64,000 nucleotides of DNA from Amoebophrya sp. A120 (lineage: Eukaryota > Protista > Dinoflagellata), in assembly GCA_905178155.1 (NCBI GenBank), contig CAJINV010000002.1, forward strand, positions 11,262,634 to 11,326,633. The letters run 5' to 3'. Shown piece after piece: positions 38,194-51,051 of the stretch (position 1 is its first letter; each line of letters opens with the position of its first letter). The position numbers and the translations under genes are program-made. The notes under the pieces were generated by a model. That model had not been told where the DNA came from. It made no database searches and saw only the letters and a program-made list of their open reading frames with translations.

Positions 38194-38904
38194 CAGCCTG
38201 CAGCGGGAGACGCGCCTACTACACCGAGCTGCAGCTGGTCTCCTACAATGCTGCAGGGGCTTGCGGCTACCCTGCAGTATTCGCTCTTAGTCTCACTTAT
38301 GTTATTTTTTTAATCTTATCTTCTTCAGCCCGTGACAAGATAAATCATACACAACTTGTCTACGCACGGCCATTTTTGACAATACTAAAACGAGAGTCAA
38401 TTTGCGAGCGGGAGTCGGGAGGAATATCTTGAACGATATGCGCAGCTTCTTGTGTTGGTACTCTACTCGTGATGTCGGTGAGATCTTCGTCGCCGCGAGG
38501 AAGCTGTCTAGAAGTACGGGAAGACGATACATCTCGGGTCGTCTCGCCAAACAGCAGGCTTCGTTTTGGCATCTGGACCGAACGCGCCCCGGGCGGAACT
38601 GCAAAATCATGTTGATAGAATTTACAAGCTGCAACAAAGTACATTTTTGAAAGGCGAGCCGGAGCTGCTTTTTTGAGCGCCTTCTAAACCGAGTTCGCTG
38701 TAGTCGTGGAGGGTGTCTGTCACAACGCAAAGAAGGCAGTTTCCTCACGATGATCGTCTCGCTCTTTCTGTTTTGTGCTCCTTCAGATTGCTACGATTAC
38801 CGTTTTCGTACAACAAAGCGAAGGCAACCGTGGCGTATCTATCACTGGGGCCTTGTTGAAAGCGAATCAAACAGAAGAAACGGCAGTACTGGTGCCCGTT
38901 ACAC

Positions 38905-41900
38905 TCAAGAAAGTAATAAAAAAGTAGACGCCGAATTAAAAAAAATACTGTAGTGATTCCTGCTGGCGGCGAAGGTCGTCCCAGCCGTGGTGTTCGTTGC
39001 CCTTGTCGACGAACGCGCACTCAAGGGTGGAAAATGGTTGGTGGCCGTGCGCTCGCTTATGCGCCCCAGCGGCAAAAAAGAGAAAGATCCAGTTGTGGGA
39101 AAGACACCGCCCACCTGAAGACTGCTTGACGCGCACGAGCTGCCAGACGGCGGACTACCGCGCTCATCGGGTGGAGAGTCGTTCTTCCTTGTCGATGATG
39201 AATTCCCGGTATTTTCGTCCCTGCTAAGATGTGCCACTTTTTCCTTTGTGGAAAGAAACTGCATTTCGTTCCTGTCTCTCGGTCTTACCAGGTGCTGTGA
39301 CGCTTCGACATCTCCTCGCGGCTCATGATGTGGCAGTCCGATGCAACATGCCTGATCGTGGTCTCCGGCGGGTTTGTGGAGGGCGCGTCGGGCCGCTGCT
39401 GATGGTGGAACTGCACAAGTGGAAGCGCCACCGAACCTCTGTAGGGCGGATGAAAATGAAGGATCAACTCCGAACCGGCCGCCCGCCGGACGGTTTTCCT
39501 GACCATGAAGATGGCCTGGCGTCCAACTCCTGTCATCTTCACTGTCATCGCGAAGTCGGCGGAGATGACGACTTTCGTCGATGGAGGCCTCTCGAGTGTG
39601 GGGCGCCTGGGTACCCACGGGTACCAACATCGACTCTGTGCGGACATCAACCCTCCTATCACGAGGAAAAAAGCAATCCCCCTTCCCTGTGCTGAGAGGA
39701 CGAGTCTTCGAGTCGGTTGTCGCTTCTGTGCGACTGTTGAGTACGCAGGTCTATTACACTGCTTGCCAGCTTTCAGTGCGTATTGCATGAGGGGCAAAAA
39801 CAGCCTCTTCTTTCTGTTGCATTTTCAACTGCAAAAATCTTCTTCGTTGGGTGTGTGTGTGTGGGGGGAGAGAGGGGATCTTTTCATGAAGATACCTTTG
39901 GTGCGGAAAGGACTCGGGACGCGGAAATCGACTTTCCTTGGACAGCTGCCGCCTCTTGGTTGCCTATCCTGTGCAAACACGTCTCCGCCCCATAGTCAAG
40001 AACATGAAGTTGACGAAGTTGCCAAGGGAAACTCGGAGAATACACGCACGGCATGACCACTCATTTCCGACTAGTACTGCGGACGGTCACAGAGATGCAG
40101 AACTCTCACTATTCTGTAGTTGATGTTTTTAAGTACTCGCACTCATATGTAGTGTCCTCCAAAGATTAATACTACAAACTGTCAGTTGACTTGTGCTCGA
40201 TGTGGTAGAAAAATTACGCATCTTCTGGATTCATCCTTAGAAAATAATACTACTAAACGACTGTACTACTACGACGCATTCATGGTTAGACTCTCGGGAC
40301 CTGATCGCGTTTTTCCACAGGATAGAGCCCGCGGCCGCCGCAGTGAGGTGCACTCTGCGGAGGTGTCGCCATCGTTTTCCGGACCCCGCTCTTGTGGCGG
40401 AACTACCACTGCAGGGGCCGATGGGGTGGGCACGCTTGCCTTACGTTCTTGCTGAGGACTGATCTTCGATCGGCACGGTTCCGCCCTGTCGGCAACATCG
40501 TCGACACTGTCGCTTGCCCGGTTCCTCGAGTGGGATTATTCGCCTGCAGATTACAACCATTGCTAGCATCGCATCATGCACATGGAGATTGACAGCATGC
40601 AAAGAACCATAACAACACCTTCTACTCAACATCGGTCAGTAGTAAGAACAAAACTTGCCTGGATCTCAGCCTCAAGATGTGATACAATTACAATGTGGGC
40701 TATCATAGTACGATGTTGACGTAGACGTAGTTAATGATCGATGCATGGTCTATTTTTTCGAAATTGACCACACTGTGCACTCCCATAAACATTGCAACGG
40801 GATGCGGGGTCAAGCACTTCACTTGACCTTGGCCTCCTCAAATATATCTTTCTTGAGTCACGACCAACGCGACAACGAATGTGAGCAGTTTCGCGCTATG
40901 CTAACTGTTTCGCACATGATAAACCCGGGTGCTTGCTAAGATCTACGTCGACGGCAATCGGAATGGAGCAACTTGTGCTGCTGGCCTGGATATGGATTGC
41001 AAAAGTATCACTGTAGACCACGTACATCGTACCATTTGCAGTGACGATTGGAAGCACGTTCCCGCACCTTCGTTGGTGGCATGTACATATAGAATTTTTT
41101 TCTTTGATGCCATGATTTCTGCAAAGAATTATTCAACAACTGGTGTACGTAAAACTAAAATCGCAGAATTTGGACAAAAAAATGCAGATGTTCGCATCGC
41201 TTACGATAGTTTTGCAATGCGTAGAATGCTTCGGAGGAAGAAGTGGAGGAACAGCCGAGCGCCGTTTTGGAGGAGCTCGCTGTCGTATTCTTGCTTGTTA
41301 TGCTGATTTCCCGCGTGATATGCCACGCAAATTGTTTACCGGAGGACACATGCACAACAAGAAGGAAAATTCAAGGTAGATCCTCACCGCAATAGCAATA
41401 GCAATTTGACGACTACCAGTACACAAAAAGTCCGAAACTGCAGAATATTGAAAGAGTGAAGAACAAGGTGTTTGGTCATGTTCATGCAAGAACGACCTCG
41501 ACCGCAAAGTCAGGATGTACAGTGCTACAACATGCACCAAGGTAAATGACATTTGCTCCGTGGATACTGCAAGTTCTCTCGTCGCGACGCTCCTCCACAG
41601 AGCTGTTCCGATCTGTTCGTAGAGGTGCAACTGGTTCCCCTTGCATTCCTTATTTGCGCACCTGGCTGTAATGATAGTGCGTGTGGCTCCACAGCAACAG
41701 CTGCTATCCCGACCTCGGCACCTCCCGGCGGACGCCCCCCTGTACTAGGAGGCGGCGCGAGCCCCGCAATTCTCGGTGGCAGGAAAGGACTCTGAAAGCC
41801 CGCTCTCGGCGTTGCAGCCGGCGGTGGCAAAGCTACCAAAACGCGCGTGCCCAACAAAGTGCGCTCTTGCACTTTCCCTGCTGCTTGATATGGGTTCTGC

Positions 41901-42208
41901 CCGATACCCGCTTGGTTTGCACTGGGATCTACCACATCCACAGCGTCCACAACTTGGTGCGCGCCCCTGGTGTCGTTGTTGATTCCCTGTTGGCCCTGGC
42001 TGCAACGCTTCGAGAAAGACGTCGCCCGTTCTGCCAGGGGCCTCCGCGCGGATGCGTCCTGCCCCTGGTGTTCCCTTGGTGCATGAAAGACTCCACGCAA
42101 CGCGGCTGGCAGAAAAGCACTAGCCCAGTTTTCTTTTTCGTTCCCTTGGCGAACACCCTTCTTAGGCCCCCCGGAAAAAACCATAGAGGGCATCATGGTC
42201 CTGCGCAC
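38905..42208 (-). CDS. Low-complexity exons, a separate gene or the 5' part of the 34-38 kb gene
   Basis: ORFs 41525-42208 and 38905-39630 plus short GC-rich intervening segments. Confidence 0.4.
40991..41223. mobile_element. Diverged family A introner (233 bp), TSD lost
   Basis: TATGGATTGCAAAAGTATC...CGATAGTTTTGCAATGCGTA; element+5 removal leaves an open frame SEAL-ASSTSC. Confidence 0.65.
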
Positions 42209-42912
42209 AGCCAGGAAAGTCGTGAGGCACTCGGATGCTAAACTACGACTATTGCTAGTATTGTCTGATGGTGTACTTGTAGTCGCTTCTTGCAGCAGTT
42301 CAATGCTACACTTTTAAGAACTTCCTTCGATCTTTGTGCCCAAGCCCCACTCAATGTCAGTTGATGCAGATGCCATGCACATTGATATTATCTCAAATCA
42401 ATAAACAAAATGTAAATGAACAATGGTACAGCATCTGTCCAATGTTGCCATGCTTTGCTTTACTGCTGTCAATCTTCAGAATAAATAGCAAAGTGTCTCT
42501 TTGAATGAATGATGCGATACTACACTCCGCGCATGGATCTGCTGTGCTAATCATGAGCAAGCTTGCAGATATTCCTGTTCCTACACTGGCTACTGGAATT
42601 TTCAGTTACTGCATGTATGCTTTTGTCTTTGTGTGCTTTTCAGATGTATGTTGAAAGAAGGGAACATCAAGCACCAAACACAACAAGCCTGGAACTAACC
42701 TCCCATCGAGGTTGTGCATCAGTCTCAGGATAGAGACGAAGATGTATGTCGGCATCCAAACATAAAAAGTCGGTATGATTTTTCACCAGCACATTGATTC
42801 TTCCGTTTAATTTCATTTTTTCGCTTTCGCAACAGCAACTACATAGAAGATCGCCCATCGATTCAACCGCAAAAAAAATGATGTGCTTGCGCCATTCCAA
42901 AGGACGTGACCG

Positions 42913-43754
42913 TCAGCAAAGCAGGGCGTCTGAGAGGCGTTGAAACGGTATTCTGCCCACTTGGTCTGGGTCCAGCTCGCAGATTATAGCTGGCTCAGGT
43001 GGTCGCGCAAGAAGGGTCTCAACTACAACTGTCACGATTTGAAGCTTTTGGAGATTTGTGATGACAAGAGCTGCATACACAGGCCCATCCTGCTCAGAGG
43101 AATTCGGGTGGAAAGGTATGGCTCTGGAACTGGAGATGTTCATCTTCATCAAGATGAAACCGCATGGTATGAGCAGAGTCAGAATCCAGTATTCAAATTC
43201 GCACTGTAAGTGTTATTCATGCAAGACCAGCTTTCGTTGCGGCGGCTGAGATTGATGCTTGTAAGAACACCTGAGTAGGCTGTACGAGTCAAGGTGTCTG
43301 CCTGTTCTGCTGTCAGCTTCTCTCCGAGGTTGGTCGAGATGTACCTGATTACCTCCATGGACACTGTGTCCCTTTCGTCGATAAACATACGGAAACGCTC
43401 ACGCAGCACGTCCGGCGAAAAGACGCCGTCGCGAAAATTCCGGAGGATGCATTTTTGTAAGATCTCGCCGAAGTGCTCGAAGTTGACGCCTTTATTTTTC
43501 TTCGTACTGAACTCAAGGGGGATCCCGTACGCACCCTTGGCCTCCACCATCGCCGCGAATTCGGCTTCTGTCACCAGCGCCCCGCCGGCTTGCAGGGCAA
43601 GAAATGTGTTCTGTTTATTTAACACGCCCTTCCCGGTCTTGTCGTAGTACATGAACACCATGCGGTCGCGAGCGCGACGCTTCTCGAACGAAATGGACTC
43701 GAATACACGTATGGAAATGCCGAAAAGCTCTATCACCACTGGAAGTTCTGGCAA
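42913..43754 (-). CDS. Calmodulin / myosin-light-chain-like EF-hand protein
   Basis: [64 protein letters not shown]; compare calmodulin [21 protein letters not shown]. Start uncertain. Confidence 0.85.
42985..43284. mobile_element. Introner, further TIR family (300 bp), decayed TSD
   Basis: TATAGCTGGCTCAGGTGGTC vs revcomp end TACAGCCTACTCAGGTGTTC; removal restores the last EF-hand. Confidence 0.8.
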
Positions 43755-45004
43755 TAATACTACGTAGGCTCAGCATGCAAGAAACGGAAACCGTCTCACT
43801 CTTTTTTTCATGAGTTCCGTCATGATGCTGATGCAGCAGTGAGTAGATGAGCATGAACCGCAATACTTGTTTTGCGGATAGACCTGCTATACAGACTACG
43901 CCTAGGATCGTGTCTTGATGAAATAACAACAAAACTGCACGAACAACTGCTTGCGATAGCCCTTGTCATTTCCATACCTCCCGGCATGATTTGATGAAGT
44001 AGATATCTCTTTGATGTTTCCCGACGGCAGATTGCATACGAATTTGACCGGATGGCAAATCAATGGGCATTCAACTCAGATTCAATCAAGGTCAAAGTCT
44101 TTTTAGCAAAAAAAGTGGTCTGTACACCACAGCATTTGTACCTGCAGTGCAAAGTAGCAGGAAGCTAAAATATATGACCTCTCCTAGTAGTTTCAAAAGC
44201 TGCTCGCTGTCCAGCCTTGTGCTTGAGATGCTTTGTTATACGCTGGACCGCTTCCAGCAAGATGAGTTGGCACCATGTCCAGAATTCTAACTAATACGCT
44301 AGGCAAATGCATAACTTCCAACAAGTCAGCGATGGCAATATCTTCCTCTGTGCTCGTCACAGTGCGAGGGCTCCTTTACAGGATAGAGACAAGTGGTTGC
44401 GCATTTTTCCTGCTCTGCTGGTACCGCGAGCACAACTCAATATGCATCGCGGAGGTGGTACGCAACCGCGACTAGCTGGACACAAATCAAGAGATTTCTT
44501 CGAAGCGCCATTTAATGTTCAGACATTTGCCGTCATTAGCGGCAGCGAAAGATTATCATACATTTGTTTGGTACGATTTACGCTCTGTATCTTTCACCGT
44601 CTGCGCGTGCGCCTGCGCGTCGTTTGTAGACATTATTTCTTTGTGTCGAGGAGTAAAAAGAAAAAGTCACGCGTTCCTCTTCCTCCTCCTGGTTGCTGTA
44701 GTTACAGCTGCAAACGGCACAAAAAGACACAGCAGCGCAACTGGGTCCGCTTTGCCTTTGCAAGAGTAAAAAATGCCTCGTCACCTTTGCTTCATTTTCA
44801 GTTGTTCTGCTTCATTGGAAAAAAATACATTCGTACAGATTATCAAGTCGACAACGGAGTCCATTTTGAGCTGTTGGCGAACCGACTACATGAAAAATGA
44901 CTCTGACGCGATGCGTTCTTCAAGTGTTGTAGTTTGAATTTCATTGTACTCGTTCTGCTCTTGATACATTCCCGATTTGAAGATGTCGCTCCCGCCGGGC
45001 TCGG

Positions 45005-48000
45005 CTACATGCCATACACGACGTCCCGAGCGTATACCTCTTCGTGGTCGGCGCTTCTGCGACTCTTCATCGGTTGCAGAATCTTTTCCGGCTGCTCTTG
45101 CAACAGGCTGGACTGCAGGTCTTCGAACGGGGAGTGTGTGCCCAGGACTGGGTGCGCCGCAAGGCTCGAGCATTGCCCCACGCAGAACCGACAAGCTTCG
45201 GAGCTGCTGTCGACCTCACACTTGCTTTTGCACGGCTCAAAGCAGGTACTGGGAATGCTACAATCGTTTCCGAGGTACTCGGCCCAGCAGGTGCATCGGC
45301 CGTTCATGCAGGCCCCGTTACCGGAGCAGTCGCTGGGGCACCTCGGTAGGTCGCAGTTGGGACCCATCATCTTCGCATCCTGGCACTCCTGGACCTCGCA
45401 GATGCTACCCGTGAATCCGGGCTGGCAGCTGCACTGACCCATCAGGCAAAGCCCGTTGCCACTGCACCCGCTCGGGCACTGGGCCAGTGTGGTCTCGAAG
45501 CTTTTCGTCGAGCAATCGTCTCCAGCAAACCCCGCTTTGCAGCGGCACTCGCCGGGTGAGTCTTGCATCGCAAACACGCACTCGCCATTGCTGCTGCAGT
45601 CGTTCTTGCACTTTATGAACTGCAAAAGTATCGTATTCGTACTCGTATAAATGCATTACAAATTTCCTCAGCAAGAGAAATGGAATTTGTCATGCGGATT
45701 TACCTTCGTAACAAGATTTGTAATGTTGCAAGACTTGCATTTATACGAATACGATACTTTTGCACAGGATACACTTCGGGTCCCGGCAATTGGCTCCAGC
45801 CCAACCGGGATCGCACAGGCACGTAGCGTCACTTCCACAGACACCGTGACTACCGCAGTCGTAGGGGCATTGGTGGGTAGAGCAGTCGTCCCCCCCGAAG
45901 CCCGCCGCGCATGTACAGGTTCCTTCTTCACTGCACACGCCCTGGCCGTGGCAAGCGTTCCACTTCCGCAGCGTTTCGTCGTATCTTCCGGGGCACTGCG
46001 GGGCCTGGCAAAATTCCCCCGTCCAATACTATGGCCCACTCAAGTGTTCAGAATTTCATCTGCCCCAACCATGATTCATGTACGTGTAGTCGTTGTCGTG
46101 CCGCGTAGAATAAAGAATTGCCTGACATCGAATTGTCCAGGCTCTTTGCAATACACATTATAATTTCATGTTCATCGTAACAGACACTAAAACCAACATG
46201 CTGCGCTAGCAGTACCCTACGAAATGTCTCTTGAGGAAGTTGCAGTCTGACGCCTGAGCTTGCAACATCTGAGTGGGGCATAGCTTCATTTCGCAAACGC
46301 ACATACCACGACTCGAATCGCATCGCCCATGCCCGCTGCAACCGCCGTCAGGTCCGCAGACCTGGTCTGAGACCTCCGCCAGCGGTCCCCCGAGCCCGGT
46401 GATCGCCGCCGGCCCCGCCTCCGAGGTTCCACCTCCCGCACCTCCCCCCGCTCCCGGACCGGCCGCATCTGCGGCCGGCGCGCCCGCCGCCAGAAACTGC
46501 AATTCGCATTTTTCGCCTTGCCACCCCTGATTGCAGCTGCATTTGCCGTTAAGGCAGAGACCCCGACCGTTGCAGTTGTCTGGGCATGAGGATGCGACGG
46601 GCGTGCTGCAGCTAGCCCCAATCCATCCGGTTTTACAGACACAGTTCCCATTCGAGCACACACCGTTCACACCGCAGCCGGGGTCGCAAGTAGCCACGTC
46701 GAGCACGGGAGCGGGCGGTGCTAGCGCCCTGTTCTCGCAGTTTTCCCCGGAGTAGCCGGCTTCGCAAACGCAGAGCCCAGGCTGGTCGCAGGTCCCGTGC
46801 CCGTTGCAACAGCTGCGTGCGGCGCAGTCCACGCCCTTGAAGCCCTCGAAACACATGCACTGCCCGTTCATGCAGTGCCCGTTGTGTGAGCACTCGTTCA
46901 AATATGGTGTTGCACAACCCGCCCTCACGATCCTCCTTCTCATCTAGGATTCATAGTGCTGAGTCATTGTCATGTCCTACTAGCCCGTTAGTTCGGCGTG
47001 ACCCTGTACGAAAATCTTCGAAGGGGGCAAATGCCACAATACAGTCGGGGGATGTATTTTCGCACAAGTAGAGAACCAGTCTAGGCGTTACTTCGTTCTG
47101 TTGGGGGCGTGTCTGTGCCCCGGCTCTCACTCGTCCACTAAATGAAGGGGTGGGGAACAAGCGGTGCGCTCTCATAGCGGACACGCGTGCTGGCACGACA
47201 AGCCCGAGTATCCGGGGTAACACTCGCAGGTCCCGACATTGCACACGCCACGGTGACTGCAGGCGTCGGGGCAAGGCTTGGACTTGAGCTTGCGGAGCGT
47301 AGATATCAGACTTAGTGGTGTTGGACTCGGACGTGGCCGCGCTTTTTGTAAATTCAGAGTCACGACAAGGCCCTGCTGCGACAGAGTACTGCAATCTGGT
47401 CCAGTGTAGCCCGGGTTGCACTCGCACTTTCCCTCGGTGTTGCAGTATCCGAACCCGTTGCAGTCCCGCGGACACCGCTGAAAATCACACGCTCGCCCGA
47501 ACGTGTCCGGGCCGCAAATGCACATGCCTCCGACGCACAACCCCTTCAGGTTGCAGTCCTTCTCGCAACGCGGCGTGTCGCAGGCTTTGCCCGTGTATTT
47601 CGCATCGCAGGTGCACACTTCGGTCGACGCCCCATCGGGCCCAGTGACTGTTGTCAGCTTGCCGTTGCCGCTGCAAGGAACTAAGGCCGCGCCGGCTGTT
47701 GTAGAGGACGACCCCTTCTGCCCCCTGGCATTTAGGCTGGCGAAAGTGTTCGCTTCTTCGTTCTGCAAAAGCGACATCGAATTCTTCATCAGCCATGACT
47801 GTTCAGGAACGGCCTCAAAAGCATCATCGAGACCGCCGCGGCCGTGTCGCGCGGACCGTACCGAAATCATCGCCGCATTGTTAGTCGCTGGCGCGAGCGC
47901 AGGACCGCTAGACGAGGACACCTGCGTCAATGCAACCGACTGGGAGCGATGTTGCGACGATGTTTCAGCTCCATTCGACTGTTTCTCAGAATCAGCTTGA

Positions 48001-48732
48001 GTTTGCTCATGCTGCGAAGTGAGCAACCCCAAAAGCTGCTCTTGTTGCGCTAGCATGAAACGTAAAAGCATCATCGTCCTCATCAACTCCTACAACCAAC
48101 ATCAACAACTTCCTTGATGCATGCAAGACAGGATTACACATGAGTATCAGTTAAAGTTATGCATTATTTCCAGAATACTTTGGGAAGAAGATGAGGGCAA
48201 CCACAATTTCACGAATGATATGTGCCAGCGCCACTCCAAAAACAGGCCAGGCAGCGGACATCGGTTCTTCTTGCTTTGTCTTTGACCCAATATGCTTCTT
48301 ACCAGCCTCCGTTTGGACTTGAACAAAAGACAGCTTCTTCGCTTTCTTTTTGTGCGGATTAGGTCTGTTAAGAACTTGTCTTGGCAGCTTCTCTATTTTG
48401 AGATCAAGTGTCGTCACCTGAGGTGAAGCCGCTGCCCCGCCAGCCGATGCAGTACTTGTTCCACTACGCTCAGCCCGGCCGGAGGTAGACTTGGTACCGT
48501 TCTTGCTTTTGGTTGACGCGTACCCATCACGTTTTGCGACGCGACCACCTGCCTGTGCAGGATTATACTTCTGCCGCTTGGTGTCGCTGATTAGTAATTC
48601 CGCCTCTGCTACTGAAGTTCTTGCAGCGCTCTCGAGACCAGCTTTCAGTGACGAGCGAGCAACGTCTTTCATCTGCGCCGCATCTGATTTCGCGAAAAGA
48701 GCGTCGATGCGGGCCTTTGCCGAAGATGGCAA
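45005..48732 (-). CDS. Tenascin/teneurin-type EGF-repeat extracellular protein (over a dozen EGF repeats)
   Basis: Repeated CPxxCSGxGxCxxGxCxCxxGxxGxxC across ORFs 47172-48086, 46206-46943, 45741-45938 and 45005-45625, joined by removing three introners. Confidence 0.9.
45614..45771. mobile_element. Introner, family A (158 bp), reverse orientation, TSD CACTT
   Basis: TATGAACTGCAAAAGTATCGTA...TACGATACTTTTGCACAGGATA; join CRDPK-CKNDC restores EGF spacing. Confidence 0.95.
46030..46282. mobile_element. Introner, further TIR family (253 bp), TSD lost
   Basis: TATGGCCCACTCAAGTGTT vs revcomp end TATGCCCCACTCAGATGTT; join CVCEMx-WTGEFC. Confidence 0.85.
46903..47176. mobile_element. Old introner (274 bp), decayed TSD
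   Basis: TATG...CATA termini; join HACP-NECSHNG. Confidence 0.75.
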
Positions 48733-49535
48733 GTGTTCGTGAAGGTCACCCTTTTGCGCAGTAGCAGCACCTCCGGGGGTCCGCCCAGACGTGCTTGCTT
48801 TCGTCCGCCGTTTATTGTCAGCGGACGCTTTGTATGAGATTCTTCAGAGTGCACAACTACGCCCCCTTCGCAGTAAGTACTTGATTCAAAGGCATGATCT
48901 ACGGCGACATCACTGTCATTTCTTCTTGGATTTCCTCCCACAGCAGGGGATCCGCACTTCTGAGGGGCTCGTTGGCAGCGGTGCTGTTAATATAATATGG
49001 AGGAGCTGTCCAGACCCACGACCAGTCGCCAGAGCGATAAGCGAAGCTTAATACAGAATTCATTGTCCGGAACGATGCAACGGCTAATGAATGCGAAAAA
49101 AAAGCCTCAGCTGCATCATTCATGCATCTCTATGAAAATTCGACAAGCTCGTGGTACTGCTGCTCAAGTTTCCGGAAGTAGTTGTGACGCTCATCTAGAG
49201 TGCCGCGACAAGACAAAGAACGAGTGGAGAGGTAGACTTTAGTGTCGTGCATATGACAAATCAGCTCGGGGAGCATCAGTTGTATTCGTGCACTCTCATA
49301 TCTGTTTTGCTACAGACGTAGCGATTCCGAGTTCGTGCTTGTGTGGATGAATTGCGGTCACGAGATCGAGCTCCAGCTTTTTTGTGGGAATCGTGCTGCC
49401 TACATAAATGTGCAATGCAAAAGTGCTGTCTCAGCCCCTCCTGGGAAAAATGCAAAAGAAGAACTTGCGATCGTTGGAATGTCGGAGCAGGACACATCTC
49501 AGGAACAAGTTGCTCCATTGTCATTTTTGTGGTTT

Positions 49536-50700
49536 TATCCTGTGCAAAAGTATCGTACTCGTATAAATACGCTACTGGCATGCAAATAACTTCTCACCAA
49601 CTTCTCACCAACTTGTGATCAACTTCTGACCAACCTTTTCACCAACTTCCCAGCTGTTGAGAAGTTGGCGTAGACCGCTTGCCGCGGTTGTTCGGAAGCT
49701 TGATGCGGAGCTGAAATCCACTCGAAACTCCCCACAAGCTTCTAGCTAGGACAACTCAAAAGGAAAATCCCGGGCCTCGATTCGTGGCCGCGTGCCTGCG
49801 CAGTCACGATTCGGCTCCCGTGATCTTCGGTTGCTAAAGGTTGTGAAGGATGGCTTGAAAATATCTTTTTCACGTGCAGCTGGATCCTTGCGGGATCCTC
49901 CACATAAAAGGATTGCTTTGGGCTTTTGGAGGCGTCATGAAAATTCTTGCATGATGCCTCCAAAAGCTCGAAGCTTGTCGCGAAAATCGTCAGGATGTTC
50001 GTCGAGAAGCTGGTGGGAAGTGCATCGGGAAGTTGTTGAGAGGTTGTTGAGAAGTGGAGCACTGATTTGCGCATTAATTGATGCAGGACGCACGCAAAGT
50101 CGCTTTTTCTTGTGCAAAAAAATAAAAGGCAGCTTCTCAATTAATTAACTTCGTGAATTATACGCAGTTAATCAATTAGCTAATCAATTGACGCCGAGGG
50201 AGAATTGCACATGTCCAAAGCTTGTCCGCCCAAGCCGCGCGCAGCTCTCCATCGTCGAGGGAAGCCGTCCTTCGCTTCCGTCTTTGATGGCTTCACGCAG
50301 GACAGGTGCGTGCGCGCAGACATCACGGCCGGCCGCGCTGTCTGCCGCCTCTTGTATATTACGGCTTTGCGCGTGATGCCGTCGTGCTAACTGATGAAAC
50401 TGCACTGCAGATAAACGGGCAGAACGAGAGCGCGATCCTCGTTCCATTTATCTACAGCGCTGTTCCTTCTAGCTCTTGCAGCTGCAGTGGCAACTGCAAG
50501 CAGCGAGCACGAGATAAACCGCAGCGACGGAGTGGCGCGACGTCGAGGCGAGAACTACGCCAGCACGTCGCGCAACTTCTCACCGACTTCCGCACCAACT
50601 TCGCGACCGACTTCCCAACGACTTCCCAACGACTTCTCCGGCAATTTATGCACAGAAACGCTAGCGGATTTATACGAGTACGATACTTTTGCACAGGATA
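49536..50700. mobile_element. 1165-bp non-autonomous TIR DNA transposon sharing family A termini, TSD GGTTT
   Basis: Perfect 33-bp TIR TATCCTGTGCAAAAGTATCGTACTCGTATAAAT; GGTTT at 49531-49535 and 50701-50705; subterminal ~11-bp CCAACTTCTC-like arrays; no transposase ORF. Confidence 0.95.
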
Positions 50701-51051
50701 GGTTTAATACGGTTTACGCATTTACAAATGGCAAGTCTTCCAGCAGTCTTCATCTTCTTCTGTTCTCTTCCATATCCATCCCACTCTCCATGATGAAAAA
50801 TACAGAAGAAGTAGAACGGAAAACAACTACTACCCATTTCTGGAAACAATGTTCATCGGCATGTAAAGCCTGCTCCGAAAATCAATGTGGTTGTAACAAG
50901 TGACATGCATAGCGAAATTTCAGGTTCTGGCTCTGACTCTGTGGACCACGGACTGTTGCCAACTGTGGGTCGTCGAGGACCATGACAACATCGCTAGGAC
51001 GAGAATGGAGTCGAGCGACTGATGAACATCCTCTTCTTCTAGCTTGCATCT

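Noticed and set aside
49742-50701. ORFs inside the 1165-bp element as a transposase
   Set aside because: Short, derived from the 11-bp repeats, and no DDE or HUH motifs visible.
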